Positions 43,066-52,965 of a stretch of 64,000 nucleotides of DNA are shown here, piece after piece. Origin of the DNA: Candidatus Nitrotoga sp. CP45. GTDB lineage: Bacteria > Pseudomonadota > Gammaproteobacteria > Burkholderiales > Gallionellaceae. Every line of letters begins with the position of its first letter. The stretch's first letter is position 1. The stretch lies in contig QFXJ01000053.1 in assembly GCA_003402375.1 (NCBI GenBank), positions 4,182 to 68,181 on the forward strand, in the 5' to 3' direction. The notes beneath the pieces were generated by a model, which saw only the letters and a list, made by a program, of their open reading frames with translations, had not been told where the DNA came from and searched no databases. A program made the position numbers and the translations under genes.

Positions 43066-44721
43066 TCAAAAACCATATTTCATCTCCGCAAACAATAACG
43101 AGTTATCCCGCAACCGACCAAAGAACGTACTACTTTCTCCTCGGTAAATATCCAATCCAAGCGATCCTTTAACGTTGTCTGTAAAGGCATAAACCAGCTT
43201 GGGCCTTATGAAATAATTGCTGCGTCCAAAAGAAGCGACAGCGGCAATTTCACCTTCCAACGTTTCATTAAGCCATTTGTTACTGGCCCGGACACTTACC
43301 CCATGCTGAGAACGGCTAAACTGATTCCATAGCGCACTTGTTTGAATTGCGGCGAAACGCAGGAGAGGATCGGCTATCGCCTGCGGGTCGGAATAATTTG
43401 TAACATGGCGGAGGTAATATTGAAAATTGACATTAAGATAATCGAAAAAAGTTCTGTCACCGCCCATCACCATATAGAAAAATGGCTTTTTTACAAGAAA
43501 ATCATTCGCACCAGTGTTAACTGTCCAAGTGTACGCGGCTTCAGCACGCAATCCATAACGCCCAATGACCGTAGCGGCATCCATGCCCAATACGCGGATA
43601 CGATTGTGGTCAAATATTAAATTTGCTCCAGATGGGGTTATCGCTCCAATCGCGATGTCAGGGGTCAAATCTGACCCATTATAGTAAGAGGCTGACCAAT
43701 CCACATCACCGCCACTTCGATCGAATTTGAGCGCAATTCGGTTAGTACGGGGAATGTGTTGGGTAAAAAAAACACCCGGCGTTGTAGTAACCGGAAAGAC
43801 ATGGGGATCCATACCAGGGAGCCATATACCGGTCAGCGAATTTTCATGCGAGTGGTACGTTGCTTTCGCTGCCAACGATCCTATTCTCTGGTCATCCTCT
43901 TCCGGCGTTAACAACGTAAAATTTCGTGGTGTCAGATTGTCGGTTGGATTCAAGCGATCTGCCCGTCCCCATACTATGATCTGTCTGCCGATCCGATAAT
44001 CCACATTACCGCTACTGAATTTTATATATCCCTCCTGTAATTTTTTCGAATCTCCGTTGGCTCTGAAAATGTCGTCATTACGAATCCATCCCTGAGCAAC
44101 CAGAGTAACGTCCTCCCCTATATTTTGCGTCCCTTTAAGCCACAACGAACCGGTACCCAAATCATTTTTCCCATCCAGCTTACGCGATGAACTGAAATAT
44201 CCTGCACGAACCGAACCAGTTATATCCGGTTTTTGTAAAAAACTCATACTATCTTTTTCAGTTGACCCCGAAAAACTCTCTGCCTGCGGGAGCAAAGTGT
44301 TGGCCACTGGTTTCAATTCAAAATTAAATTCGCGAATAGTTAAACCGTGCGGAACACAGTGTGCTTTTAGCTGAAGTGTCAACGAATGTGCACTGATTGG
44401 AGCCGCTGTAGAGATTTTAATTCGCTGGTCAATATTGTTATTGCCTTCCAACTCCAATCTTGCAGCGGACAATTCCGATCCATTTTGCCCGGGAACAATC
44501 CCTGCATCAACCAATGAAACACAAGCGGCGGTTATTTTTTCATCAGGGCTTGACGGGGATACCGAAACATACGCGAGCAGCGGTTCGCCTTCCCTGCTGA
44601 CAACCTCAATCTCACCTATGATCAGCGCATGAGCCGCCTGTGTACAGAGCAATGCAAAAATAATTGCCAATGATAAAGCACGCCCTACACGACATAAAAT
44701 GCTAACGCACATTTGCGGCAT
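43066..44721 (-). CDS. Predicted outer-membrane beta-barrel (DUF1302-like) with N-terminal FimV-like extension
   Basis: Signal peptide ending AHA; LIIGEIEVVSREGEPL; barrel motifs RIGRQIIVWGRAD..NPTD and terminal MKYGF. Confidence 0.6.
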   Translation of the reverse strand: MPQMCVSILCRVGRALSLAIIFALLCTQAAHALIIGEIEVVSREGEPLLAYVSVSPSSPDEKITAACVSLVDAGIVPGQNGSELSAARLELEGNNNIDQRIKISTAAPISAHSLTLQLKAHCVPHGLTIREFNFELKPVANTLLPQAESFSGSTEKDSMSFLQKPDITGSVRAGYFSSSRKLDGKNDLGTGSLWLKGTQNIGEDVTLVAQGWIRNDDIFRANGDSKKLQEGYIKFSSGNVDYRIGRQIIVWGRADRLNPTDNLTPRNFTLLTPEEDDQRIGSLAAKATYHSHENSLTGIWLPGMDPHVFPVTTTPGVFFTQHIPRTNRIALKFDRSGGDVDWSASYYNGSDLTPDIAIGAITPSGANLIFDHNRIRVLGMDAATVIGRYGLRAEAAYTWTVNTGANDFLVKKPFFYMVMGGDRTFFDYLNVNFQYYLRHVTNYSDPQAIADPLLRFAAIQTSALWNQFSRSQHGVSVRASNKWLNETLEGEIAAVASFGRSNYFIRPKLVYAFTDNVKGSLGLDIYRGESSTFFGRLRDNSLLFAEMKYGF

Positions 44722-47700
44722 TATTCTTTTTCCATGTACCGTGTCGTAAAGAACTCATCCTTAACCCGCTGGTTCGCCTTGAAGTTATCGTATTTAATCA
44801 CCGTACGGTGGCCGGTCTGAACATTGCTTGCTTCAAGGCGCATGGCCTGCCACTTACCACGCGTCTTGTCTACCAGTTGAACATCAGTAAATGTCGAGAT
44901 TTTTAACATCTGCCCTGCCTCATCCCAATACTCCATTTTTATGGCCACCAAATTATCTTTACGCAGCCAGCCGATGCGCTTCGAGTAACCATTACTGGTT
45001 TTAACCGCGTCAGATTTTGGTAATGCCTCGATAACGTAGCAAAGCTGCCCCTCTACCGACTCCTCTTTCAACAGCTTGTAATTCCACTCTCCCACCTTAT
45101 AACCAATCACGTCGGCATAAGAAAAATCCGTGCCCACAAAACTATCTTTTTTATTGTTGGAAACAAGACGCCGCACTTTTTTTAGCGCGGGTAGATAGAT
45201 CCAAATGTCATCATCCTTATCGGCGTGTTCGATCAGCAGCGATACCGTACCTTTTACATCCGGTGGTGACAAAAACCGCGTCATGCGCATGTTATCAATG
45301 CCATTTTCCTCAAGCTTGGTCGCGCCGAAAGTCTTGCGCACCCGTTCCTGACCATTCTTGTTAATCAGGGTAAACGTGGCATCAGCCACTGAATCAGCAA
45401 CCTTGGAAACGACGAAATTTTTTTCCATGATCTGGCCCAGATTGGGTTCCGCCGCCCAGCCATTTTTGGGTTGCATTGATAGACCAAAAACAAGAGCCAA
45501 CACAACAACAGAAACAGGCAATGGGTTATGTTTCACGGCAATTCTCCTGAAAATAAAATCGGGGCGGAATGTAAGAATAAGCGCGGGGATAAGCAACAGC
45601 GCAGATAGCGAACTCATGATCATGGCCTCAGCAATCAAAATGGCCAACCACTTATGGATATTATACCCAAACGATAACAACAACACCCCGTAACCAGCTG
45701 ACACCGAAATCGCAACAAATAGAATAGCTTGCCCCGCTGTTCCAATAACATTTCGGACAGCTGTGATTTCATCGGTTCCCATCATAAGCTCTTCGCGTAA
45801 CCGGTAGATCAGGTAGATTGCGTAATCCGCCCCTATGCCAACGGCCATCGCCGAAATAAGCGAAGTTGAAATATTCAGCGGGATTCCACTCCATCCCATA
45901 AGACCAAAGTTAGCCAAAACAGCAACCAGAAGCGGGAGAAGCACCAGCATTCCTGCTACCAATGAACGGAAAATCAAGCTGGAAATAATAAAAACGACAA
46001 CCGTGATTTGCAGAATATTGAGTATTTTCCCGTAAACCATAACCTCATTCAGTGCTGCACCTTGAGGGACACTGCCACCGATTCCGATATGCACACTTTT
46101 ATCGAAATGCAGCGCTGTGAATGCTTGAATTTTTTCGACCAGCTTTTCTATGTAGGCACTGCTATCTGTCTTCAAGAAAACCGTCAGATTGGCGGAGCGG
46201 TAGCCATAATCAACATAGGAATCAAAATCGCCCGGTTCGCCGGACATTGAGTAAAGCAATAAATATTGTGAAATCAATTCCTGACTGTCTGGAATTTTAT
46301 AATAAGCGGGATCATCCCCGTGCATGGCCTGGTTCATACGCATGATAAAGTCGGCTAGCGAAAGGGTCTTACCGACATAAGGCTGATTTTCAAGAAAACG
46401 TTGCAGCTCCCCTATGGCCCGAAGAGTTTTGGGATCTTTAATGGCGTCGTCACCTGCGCCTTCAACCAGCAAATACATCGTATTAGTACCGCCAAGGCGA
46501 TCATTCAGTGCTTTATCATCTGTTTCAAAAATCAATTCAGGAGAAAAAAAACTCTTGGTAGAGTTATCCACAGTAACCTTCCCCATCCCTATCAGGGTAA
46601 TAATGACGAAAAGCAAAACCCCGCCATACACCCTGCGCCGACTGGTGCCGGTTACCCAGTTCGCTATCGCGTTGGTTACTTTGTCCCAAATCCGTTTTTT
46701 TTGTCCACGCTTTCTTTCAATATCACTTGGTGGAGCAAGTATTGAACGCAAGGCCGGAATAAAAGTCATTTCAAGAATCAATGCCGCAAGAATTCCAATA
46801 CCGGTAAAAATTCCAAAAGTACGCACCGTGCTAATCTTAAAAATTACCAAAGAAAAAAATCCCAAAGAAGCGACCGCTCCGGCAGCAATCATGACCGGCC
46901 CAACGCGGAGAAGAGAGGAAATAACGGCTTGATTATTTGCAACCTTGGGCGAAAGATCCGTTGTTTCTCGTAAGCGGAAATAGTCTTCGTAATAGCGCTT
47001 AAGCAACTGCACCGCATGGCCTGTTGCCACCGCCAGAATCAAAATAGGGGTCGCGGAATTAAACACATCCATTGGAATGCCAGAAGCGCCCATCACGCCG
47101 ACCCCCCAAGCGACAGCCAAACCCGCTGTAACCAATGGCAAAATAAGCCCTTGCTTCGTGCGAAAGGCTTCAAAAAGAACCAGGCTCAAAACTAAAATAG
47201 CGATGGGGAAAAGAAATCCAATACGCTCTGAATAAATTTCAATACGGGCCAGAAAACTCGGAATTCCCCCCACGTTAATTTCAATTCGAGAATCCCGTTC
47301 ATGCTCAACAACAGCCTCCACTTTATCCATGATTGCCCGGAAACCACCCGGCCCGTCCTTAAACTCTACGAGAATAGCTGTTGTTTTCGCATCAGCAGAC
47401 ACAATAGAATTCAAATAAACAGGATTCTTCTCGACTGCCCCTCTTAGTTCAGTAAGTTGCGCGGCCGTAGCTGGAACCTTCGACATTAACGGCTTGACTT
47501 CCAAACCTTCTGCCGTACCGGCAATATTTTTGGCGCGTTTCGAAGAAAGACTCAACAGGTTTTCTTTAACCACACCGGGCGTCTGAAGAAAAGCCGCCGT
47601 CATGCGCTGGATTTTTTCCAAAATCAGAGGCTGATAAATATCACCCTCTTTAGGAGTGACCCCCACCATAACAACATACTTCGACCCAAAAACCTTTTCC

Positions 47701-47867
47701 ACCAAATTACTCGTCGTCACATAGGGATGAGACTGGGGAAGCATGGTATTCGGATCAATAATGATATTCAGATTTTTTGCCTGAATAACTGCTGCAATGG
47801 TGACAATTAACGTCAAAGCAATGACTACAAACCGATAGCGAAGAATCCATTCTATGTAGCGTTGCAT
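44721..47867 (-). CDS. MMPL/RND-family transporter fused to a C-terminal LolA-like lipoprotein-sorting domain
   Basis: Two MMPL TM repeats (AVATGHAVQ, AVGIGADYAIY); C-terminal F.SP.DVKGT..L..DDDIWIYLPALKKVRR..SFVGTDFSY.D. Confidence 0.85.
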   Translation of the reverse strand: MQRYIEWILRYRFVVIALTLIVTIAAVIQAKNLNIIIDPNTMLPQSHPYVTTSNLVEKVFGSKYVVMVGVTPKEGDIYQPLILEKIQRMTAAFLQTPGVVKENLLSLSSKRAKNIAGTAEGLEVKPLMSKVPATAAQLTELRGAVEKNPVYLNSIVSADAKTTAILVEFKDGPGGFRAIMDKVEAVVEHERDSRIEINVGGIPSFLARIEIYSERIGFLFPIAILVLSLVLFEAFRTKQGLILPLVTAGLAVAWGVGVMGASGIPMDVFNSATPILILAVATGHAVQLLKRYYEDYFRLRETTDLSPKVANNQAVISSLLRVGPVMIAAGAVASLGFFSLVIFKISTVRTFGIFTGIGILAALILEMTFIPALRSILAPPSDIERKRGQKKRIWDKVTNAIANWVTGTSRRRVYGGVLLFVIITLIGMGKVTVDNSTKSFFSPELIFETDDKALNDRLGGTNTMYLLVEGAGDDAIKDPKTLRAIGELQRFLENQPYVGKTLSLADFIMRMNQAMHGDDPAYYKIPDSQELISQYLLLYSMSGEPGDFDSYVDYGYRSANLTVFLKTDSSAYIEKLVEKIQAFTALHFDKSVHIGIGGSVPQGAALNEVMVYGKILNILQITVVVFIISSLIFRSLVAGMLVLLPLLVAVLANFGLMGWSGIPLNISTSLISAMAVGIGADYAIYLIYRLREELMMGTDEITAVRNVIGTAGQAILFVAISVSAGYGVLLLSFGYNIHKWLAILIAEAMIMSSLSALLLIPALILTFRPDFIFRRIAVKHNPLPVSVVVLALVFGLSMQPKNGWAAEPNLGQIMEKNFVVSKVADSVADATFTLINKNGQERVRKTFGATKLEENGIDNMRMTRFLSPPDVKGTVSLLIEHADKDDDIWIYLPALKKVRRLVSNNKKDSFVGTDFSYADVIGYKVGEWNYKLLKEESVEGQLCYVIEALPKSDAVKTSNGYSKRIGWLRKDNLVAIKMEYWDEAGQMLKISTFTDVQLVDKTRGKWQAMRLEASNVQTGHRTVIKYDNFKANQRVKDEFFTTRYMEKE

Positions 47868-48086
47868 ATTTACCTCTTTGCTAATCAGGTGACCGGAGTT
47901 ATTCAAGAGTTGATGCTATTGAAACCGGCATGCTCGATTCAATGTCGGCTGGGAGGCATTATATTGCCTCCGTCTGATGATTGATGAGTCAGTAGCTTAT
48001 GTATATTCGGAACTTGCAGATGAATCTTTAACTTATGCGGCTAAACTAATTTTAGTTGAATACCCGCCTTGCTCAAGCCGTTACTT

Positions 48087-48953
48087 TTATTTGCTGGCCT
48101 TTTCTAGCCGTTTCTTCGCTACAAAGCTTTTCAGCCGTTGCAGCGGATTACGGTTACCCAGCCACAACTGGCGGTGATGAAAACGGTTAAGACGGGCATC
48201 CAGGTAGGTGTACCAAGGCGTCAATTTCAACTCTTGCGGATGCAACAGAACTAACAGCGCTTGGGTGGTAATGAAGCCCGCACACAGCTTGCAACCGGCA
48301 ATTGAGCTGGGGCCCTTGCGCGCCTTCAGGTTGATGGATTGCGGATCCAGATATTTAAGATGGTGCATCTCCGGGGCAAAGCCCAAAGCGAACTGGATGA
48401 TCTTTTCCTCTTCGCTCATTTCTGGGGAAATGGCAAAGTAATCTTCATAAGACATGCCCCCCGGCCCAAATGCCAACACCCCTGCCCCCAACCCCAAAGG
48501 TATCGCCGCCACGGTGAAAAGTCCCCGTGCTGTAGCCGAATTAATCAATAACGGATGCATATCCACCGCAAACACATCCATGCCATCAACGGCCAGATCC
48601 ACACCTGAAAGAAATGCGTCAATATTATTCGCATCAAGGCCTTTGTCGAAAATTTTTACACGTAATTCCGGATTGATTTCCAAAGCATATTCCAGCATTA
48701 CCTCAATCTTGCGGCGGCCCAACGTGCGTGTGTTAGCCCCATACTGTCGGTTGAAATTAGCCAGCTCAAATTCATCAAACTCAGCAATGTGAAATCCACC
48801 CACCCCGGCGCGCACCAAACTAATGAGGTAATCCCCGCCCACACCGCCCATGCCTGCAATAGCTACGGTGGATCGTTGCAGACGCGCATGCTCATCCAAA
48901 CTGACGCAACCCAAGTTGCGGCTGAAAGCGCTGCCATAGTCAAATTCAGTCAT
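48087..48953 (-). CDS. Stand-alone ThiF/E1-family adenylyltransferase
   Basis: AFSRNLG, VAIAGMGGVGG, FDEFELANFNRQ, DLAVDGMD; no nitroreductase domain. Confidence 0.85.
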   Translation of the reverse strand: MTEFDYGSAFSRNLGCVSLDEHARLQRSTVAIAGMGGVGGDYLISLVRAGVGGFHIAEFDEFELANFNRQYGANTRTLGRRKIEVMLEYALEINPELRVKIFDKGLDANNIDAFLSGVDLAVDGMDVFAVDMHPLLINSATARGLFTVAAIPLGLGAGVLAFGPGGMSYEDYFAISPEMSEEEKIIQFALGFAPEMHHLKYLDPQSINLKARKGPSSIAGCKLCAGFITTQALLVLLHPQELKLTPWYTYLDARLNRFHHRQLWLGNRNPLQRLKSFVAKKRLEKASK

Positions 48954-49087
48954 TAAAGGCCTTTTATTAAAGGGATGGGCAAGTAGGGAATATGCATATT
49001 TACGCAGTAAAGTGGAAATTGCAAGAGTCTTGAATGCAACATTGGCCGGAAATAACAGCAATCTTTAACTTTATGTGAAATACCGCT

Positions 49088-49104
49088 TGTCGAAAAAATT
49101 TACA
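49088..49104 (+). promoter_or_regulatory. Candidate PrsR enhancer (TGT-N11-ACA containing TTTACA)
   Basis: TGTCGAAAAAATTTACA about 62 bp upstream of the sigma54 site of the PEP-CTERM gene. Confidence 0.75.
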
Positions 49105-49165
49105 TTTTTTAACATTTAATTCAGCCAATGCATTAATATTTATTATTAATCAATATATTATATAA

Positions 49166-49182
49166 TTGGCACGATATATGCT
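49166..49182 (+). promoter_or_regulatory. Sigma54 -24/-12 promoter
   Basis: TTGGCACGATATATGCT (GG-N10-GC). Confidence 0.8.
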
Positions 49183-49266
49183 TTAATAAGCCTAAGGTAA
49201 ATAGCCTTGAATTATATGGGTTACAAAAAGCGTTAAATTACAATAATTAATATCAGGAGAACGGTT

Positions 49267-50043
49267 ATGAAACTTAATAAAATTGCAGCCACGATGATTT
49301 TAGCATCGCTTGGGTTTACCAGCTTAAATGCTCAAGCTGTGACAGTTGATGGCATTACTTGGGATCCTAATAGCTTTTTCGATTTCAGTTCTACTACTAA
49401 TCTTTTTGAAATTACGAGTGGAACGGCAGGCGCTGAAATTAGTGGTTACGGCATGGTAACTTCTCTTAATTCACTGTTAGGTTTTGCTGCTCCTGGAAGG
49501 GAATTGACTTATCAATTTGGTGGTTTTATCTTAAATGCTGCCACTACTGTCAGCCCTTTTGGAACTGGTATCAACGCAGATGGTAGCTTTTCTTTCACTG
49601 GAGGCTGGCTCAAAGTGTTTTCGGATGCATCAGCAGACTTTAATGCTCTTGTAAAAAGCACTTCTGGAGATGGTACACTTTGGCTCGACATGTTGGCCAA
49701 TACTACAGCACTCTCGCCTAATACCTTGACTGGAACAGTCACCGGACAAAATAGCGTTGGCCTAACCGGTCAAGGTACTGGTTATTTTGATGTTGTCGGT
49801 GGCTCTGCCGCTGTTTATGTAAATACCAATACTCAACCTGGATTATCTGATTTCACATATACATCCTCGTTCCAAGCTCTTAACGCTCCCATTATTAATG
49901 GCGGGGTAGTAGTAGCTAATGCTTTTGGTACGAATGAACTTTACGGTCAATCAGTTAATGTTCCTGAGCCAACCAGTATTGCTCTGCTAGGTTTAGGCTT
50001 GTTGGGTCTAGGTTTTAGTCGCCGCAATAAAAAATCTGCATAA
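49267..50043 (+). CDS. PEP-CTERM sorting-domain protein (possibly PepA-like)
   Basis: Signal peptide, G/T/S-rich body, C-terminal VPEPTSIALLGLGLLGLGFSRRNKK. Confidence 0.96.
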   Translation: MKLNKIAATMILASLGFTSLNAQAVTVDGITWDPNSFFDFSSTTNLFEITSGTAGAEISGYGMVTSLNSLLGFAAPGRELTYQFGGFILNAATTVSPFGTGINADGSFSFTGGWLKVFSDASADFNALVKSTSGDGTLWLDMLANTTALSPNTLTGTVTGQNSVGLTGQGTGYFDVVGGSAAVYVNTNTQPGLSDFTYTSSFQALNAPIINGGVVVANAFGTNELYGQSVNVPEPTSIALLGLGLLGLGFSRRNKKSA

Positions 50044-50059
50044 CCTGTGCTTTATTCAT

Positions 50060-50093
50060 AAAAAAGCCGCGCAGGTATCTGTGCGGCTTTTTT
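50060..50093. terminator. Bidirectional intrinsic terminator
   Basis: aaaaaagccgcgcag-gtat-ctgtgcggctttttt between convergent genes. Confidence 0.85.
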
Positions 50094-50303
50094 AATTCGA
50101 ATAATTTCTATGAAGGCTCAATAGAGCCGGACGATGGCTTTCATCCTAAATCTTACTTGGTAAATCGGAAGAAAATTTTAAGCTGAATCTTCATTGATTG
50201 GCCGTACCTCATAGCACACGCGCCCTTGTCTGCCAAGAAACAAGGTCAAATAGCAAATACTACGCTTTTGGCATAAACCCGATAGAAAATTAATGTGACT
50301 TAC

Positions 50304-51017
50304 TTAACAAGTAAGCGCTACGTCCTGAAAAAAACTGGGTCTGAAATGCGATAGACAGGTGTCACGGTTAGCCAAGACTGATTTAACAACATGAACACCG
50401 ATGAGATAGGGTTGTCGCGGGGGTTGAACTGCGGTATTGAGAGGGCCAGCCGCTTGAAATGGAAAACCGATCCGAATGAGCAACCGCGCCAAAGACGGCT
50501 CCATGGCTGCGTAACAATGAGTAAGGCCATGTTTGTTAGCCAGCTTGAATATTTCGTTATATAAACCCATAGCCACGAGCGGACCATCTTGTTTGTCCGT
50601 CACGCTCGCAGGATGCGGTCGCTGTACTGGTGTCTGATGTAACCCAGCACTCGAAAGCTCACCTCGGTTCCGACGCAATTCTTTAGCAATAGCTAAACGA
50701 CCAATTTCACCAGACTGGTCAGATGAGTTGAGTATCTGGTGGGTTGTTGGGTAACGGGATGTAATGCTTAATCCTTTGGCATTGGGCAGAATTAACCGTG
50801 AACAACCAGCAGCAGCACCCGTTTCCAATGAACGGCACAGCACGTGTACACTGTGCGCGTCGTATGCATCACTCTCCAGCGGAACATCACTGAAAAACCG
50901 GTTGATACTGGGCACACGTTTCAGCTCTTCACAGAAGACTTTATGTCGCAGAGCAAGATAGTCCCGGTATGCTCGGGTACCTGGCGTCACTATGGAATAT
51001 ACAAATTTATTTTCCAC
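50304..51017 (-). CDS. PEP-CTERM/exosortase-associated acyltransferase (N-acyl amino acid synthase-like), copy 2
   Basis: LRHKVFCEE, E.DAYD..S.H, GEIGRLAI, YAAMEP.L.RLL..G.PF, RQPY. Start moved to GTG 51017 because the annotated ATG lies within a sigma54 site. Confidence 0.85.
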   Translation of the reverse strand: MENKFVYSIVTPGTRAYRDYLALRHKVFCEELKRVPSINRFFSDVPLESDAYDAHSVHVLCRSLETGAAAGCSRLILPNAKGLSITSRYPTTHQILNSSDQSGEIGRLAIAKELRRNRGELSSAGLHQTPVQRPHPASVTDKQDGPLVAMGLYNEIFKLANKHGLTHCYAAMEPSLARLLIRIGFPFQAAGPLNTAVQPPRQPYLIGVHVVKSVLANRDTCLSHFRPSFFQDVALTC

Positions 51018-51065
51018 TCTACCATAATCCTTTATAAATACAGCAATACATTCTAGTATTTGTAA

Positions 51066-51083
51066 AGCATTAATCATGCCACA
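51066..51083 (-). promoter_or_regulatory. Candidate sigma54 promoter
   Basis: Minus strand TGTGGCATGATTAATGCT (GG-N10-GC). Confidence 0.6.
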
Positions 51084-51142
51084 TATATATTCCCATTAAA
51101 AACATAGCATTAAAGTATGTGTATATTTACAGTAATGATATG

Positions 51143-51224
51143 TGTCGTTATATGGCGACATAAAATCATGTAAATAACTAATTCGTTGAAATTAAAGTAA
51201 TATTTTTGTCTCAAAAAAGAGACA
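51143..51224. promoter_or_regulatory. Two TGT-N12-ACA palindromes (candidate enhancer sites)
   Basis: TGTCGTTATATGGCGACA (51143-51160) and TGTCTCAAAAAAGAGACA (51207-51224). Confidence 0.45.
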
Positions 51225-51406
51225 AATTTAAATTCTAAGAATGTATTTTAGTACATAGGGTATTGATAAATAAGTACATATTATAAAATATCATGACATT
51301 GATCATTCAAATTCGGATAGAAATTTGGCTATATTGCACTTACAACATCTCAATCCAGATTTTAGAACAGGGTTCGCGTCAGGCTGATTCTATATCAGTC
51401 TAAATA

Positions 51407-52174
51407 TTAGAGGGGGGCGCGGGGAGGAGAATCGTTCGTATTTTGCGCTTGTAAAAAACTAAGGGTTTGCGTTCCGCGCTGACTTAAGCTGCGTTCCATC
51501 TCAAATGCACTGATAAGATAGACCCGCCTGGGAGGCTGGACATTCTCATTAATGGGCCCAACCGGGACACATGGAAACCCCAATGTATTGAGAAGTCGGC
51601 TAAAACGGTTATCCATCGCCGCCATACAGTATTTAATATTTTCTTGCTGGCATAGCAGATAAATTTCCCGGTATATACCTAAAACCAGTTCCGGTTGGCG
51701 TCGACGGTTTTTTTCAGGTTGATAGATCATTTCGGGTTCAGGATCGCCCTGAAATGGTTTGCCTTTGTCCTCTTGCCGACGTCGAAATTCAGGGGCAATG
51801 GCCATGCGGGAGATTTCGCCAATATTTGCATCGGTCGCATCTGGGTAGGGTAAGGGGCGGTAAATGACGTATCTGGGAGTCACATTTAACCCAGTGGGGT
51901 TGGGAAGAATGACTCGGGCTGACGCTGCGGAGATACCGGTGGATTTGTGGTAGGCCATGAAGTGGCGACTGTATGGATCATATTGGTCAGTCTCCATGAA
52001 CCGGCCATTGCTGGAAAGTGGACATGAGGATGGAACAATGCGTTGAAGTTCTTTGCAAAAAATTTCATAACGGAATTCAAGATAAAGTTCATAAGCAGGG
52101 GTGCCCAGCACGACCTCCTCGAAACGAAAATAGACGGTTTCCATACTAGACACCTTAGTCTCACTCGTGTTCAT
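51407..52174 (-). CDS. PEP-CTERM/exosortase-associated acyltransferase (N-acyl amino acid synthase-like), copy 1
   Basis: FRYEIFCKE, ETDQYDPYSRH, GEISRMAIAPEFRRR, MAAMDNRFSRLL..GFP. Confidence 0.87.
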   Translation of the reverse strand: MNTSETKVSSMETVYFRFEEVVLGTPAYELYLEFRYEIFCKELQRIVPSSCPLSSNGRFMETDQYDPYSRHFMAYHKSTGISAASARVILPNPTGLNVTPRYVIYRPLPYPDATDANIGEISRMAIAPEFRRRQEDKGKPFQGDPEPEMIYQPEKNRRRQPELVLGIYREIYLLCQQENIKYCMAAMDNRFSRLLNTLGFPCVPVGPINENVQPPRRVYLISAFEMERSLSQRGTQTLSFLQAQNTNDSPPRAPL

Positions 52175-52965
52175 GCTTTTTCTCCGGTGATGATAAATAC
52201 ACCACCAGCAATTAATTGATGCCCACCCGCTACTTTCTGGGACAAATCATCAAATAACTGCATGATGTCGACAGTATTCCCTAACAGAGAAGCCTTGTAA
52301 CCTAGCAGGATATTAAACAGTACGTTGAAAGGTAATTCGCTGCTGGTAAGCGCAAGGATACGACTCTTGACGTTAACAAACCCTGCATCGGTCATCATGT
52401 GATGCAGTTTACGGCCGATGAAGCGATCCCCCCCTTGTTCAGCTTGGGTTATCTGGGCTGTGCGCAGAATTTGACTGACGCGCTGATCCTCAGGATAGAA
52501 AACGACTAAACCATCGTCGGAATCAACAGCGCAGAAGCGCCCACCTGGCCGCATGACCCGATGGATTTCCGAAATCACAGTTTCGGGCTGTGGAATGTGC
52601 TGAAGGACGAACCGGGCATAAGAAAAATCGATGCTGCTGTCCGGGACGGGCAATTGGGATCCATAGGCCTGAATTGGATACAAACCACAGGCAGGCTTAT
52701 TGCGAACATTGCCTTCCACCTGAGCCAGCAAAGTGCGGCTTGGCTCAACTACATATAGGCTACCCTCTGGTGCCAGTTCAGCCAGCAGGTCAGAAACAAA
52801 TCCAGGGCCACAACCCAATTCAAGCACATTGTGCCCGGACTGAATGCCTGCCGAACGTAATATACCGGCCTCCATGCCACGAACTGCTTGGGCTTGCTGG
52901 CGCAGCCGCTCAGCTTGGAAAGCAGTGTCATTTAACGTTTCAAAGTGGTAGGAACCTGTACTCAT
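52171..52965 (-). CDS. Class I SAM-dependent methyltransferase
   Basis: VLELGCGPG, DFSYARFVLQH, RVMRPGG, D.FIGRKL; ATGA-coupled to the acyltransferase. Confidence 0.9.
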   Translation of the reverse strand: MSTGSYHFETLNDTAFQAERLRQQAQAVRGMEAGILRSAGIQSGHNVLELGCGPGFVSDLLAELAPEGSLYVVEPSRTLLAQVEGNVRNKPACGLYPIQAYGSQLPVPDSSIDFSYARFVLQHIPQPETVISEIHRVMRPGGRFCAVDSDDGLVVFYPEDQRVSQILRTAQITQAEQGGDRFIGRKLHHMMTDAGFVNVKSRILALTSSELPFNVLFNILLGYKASLLGNTVDIMQLFDDLSQKVAGGHQLIAGGVFIITGEKA

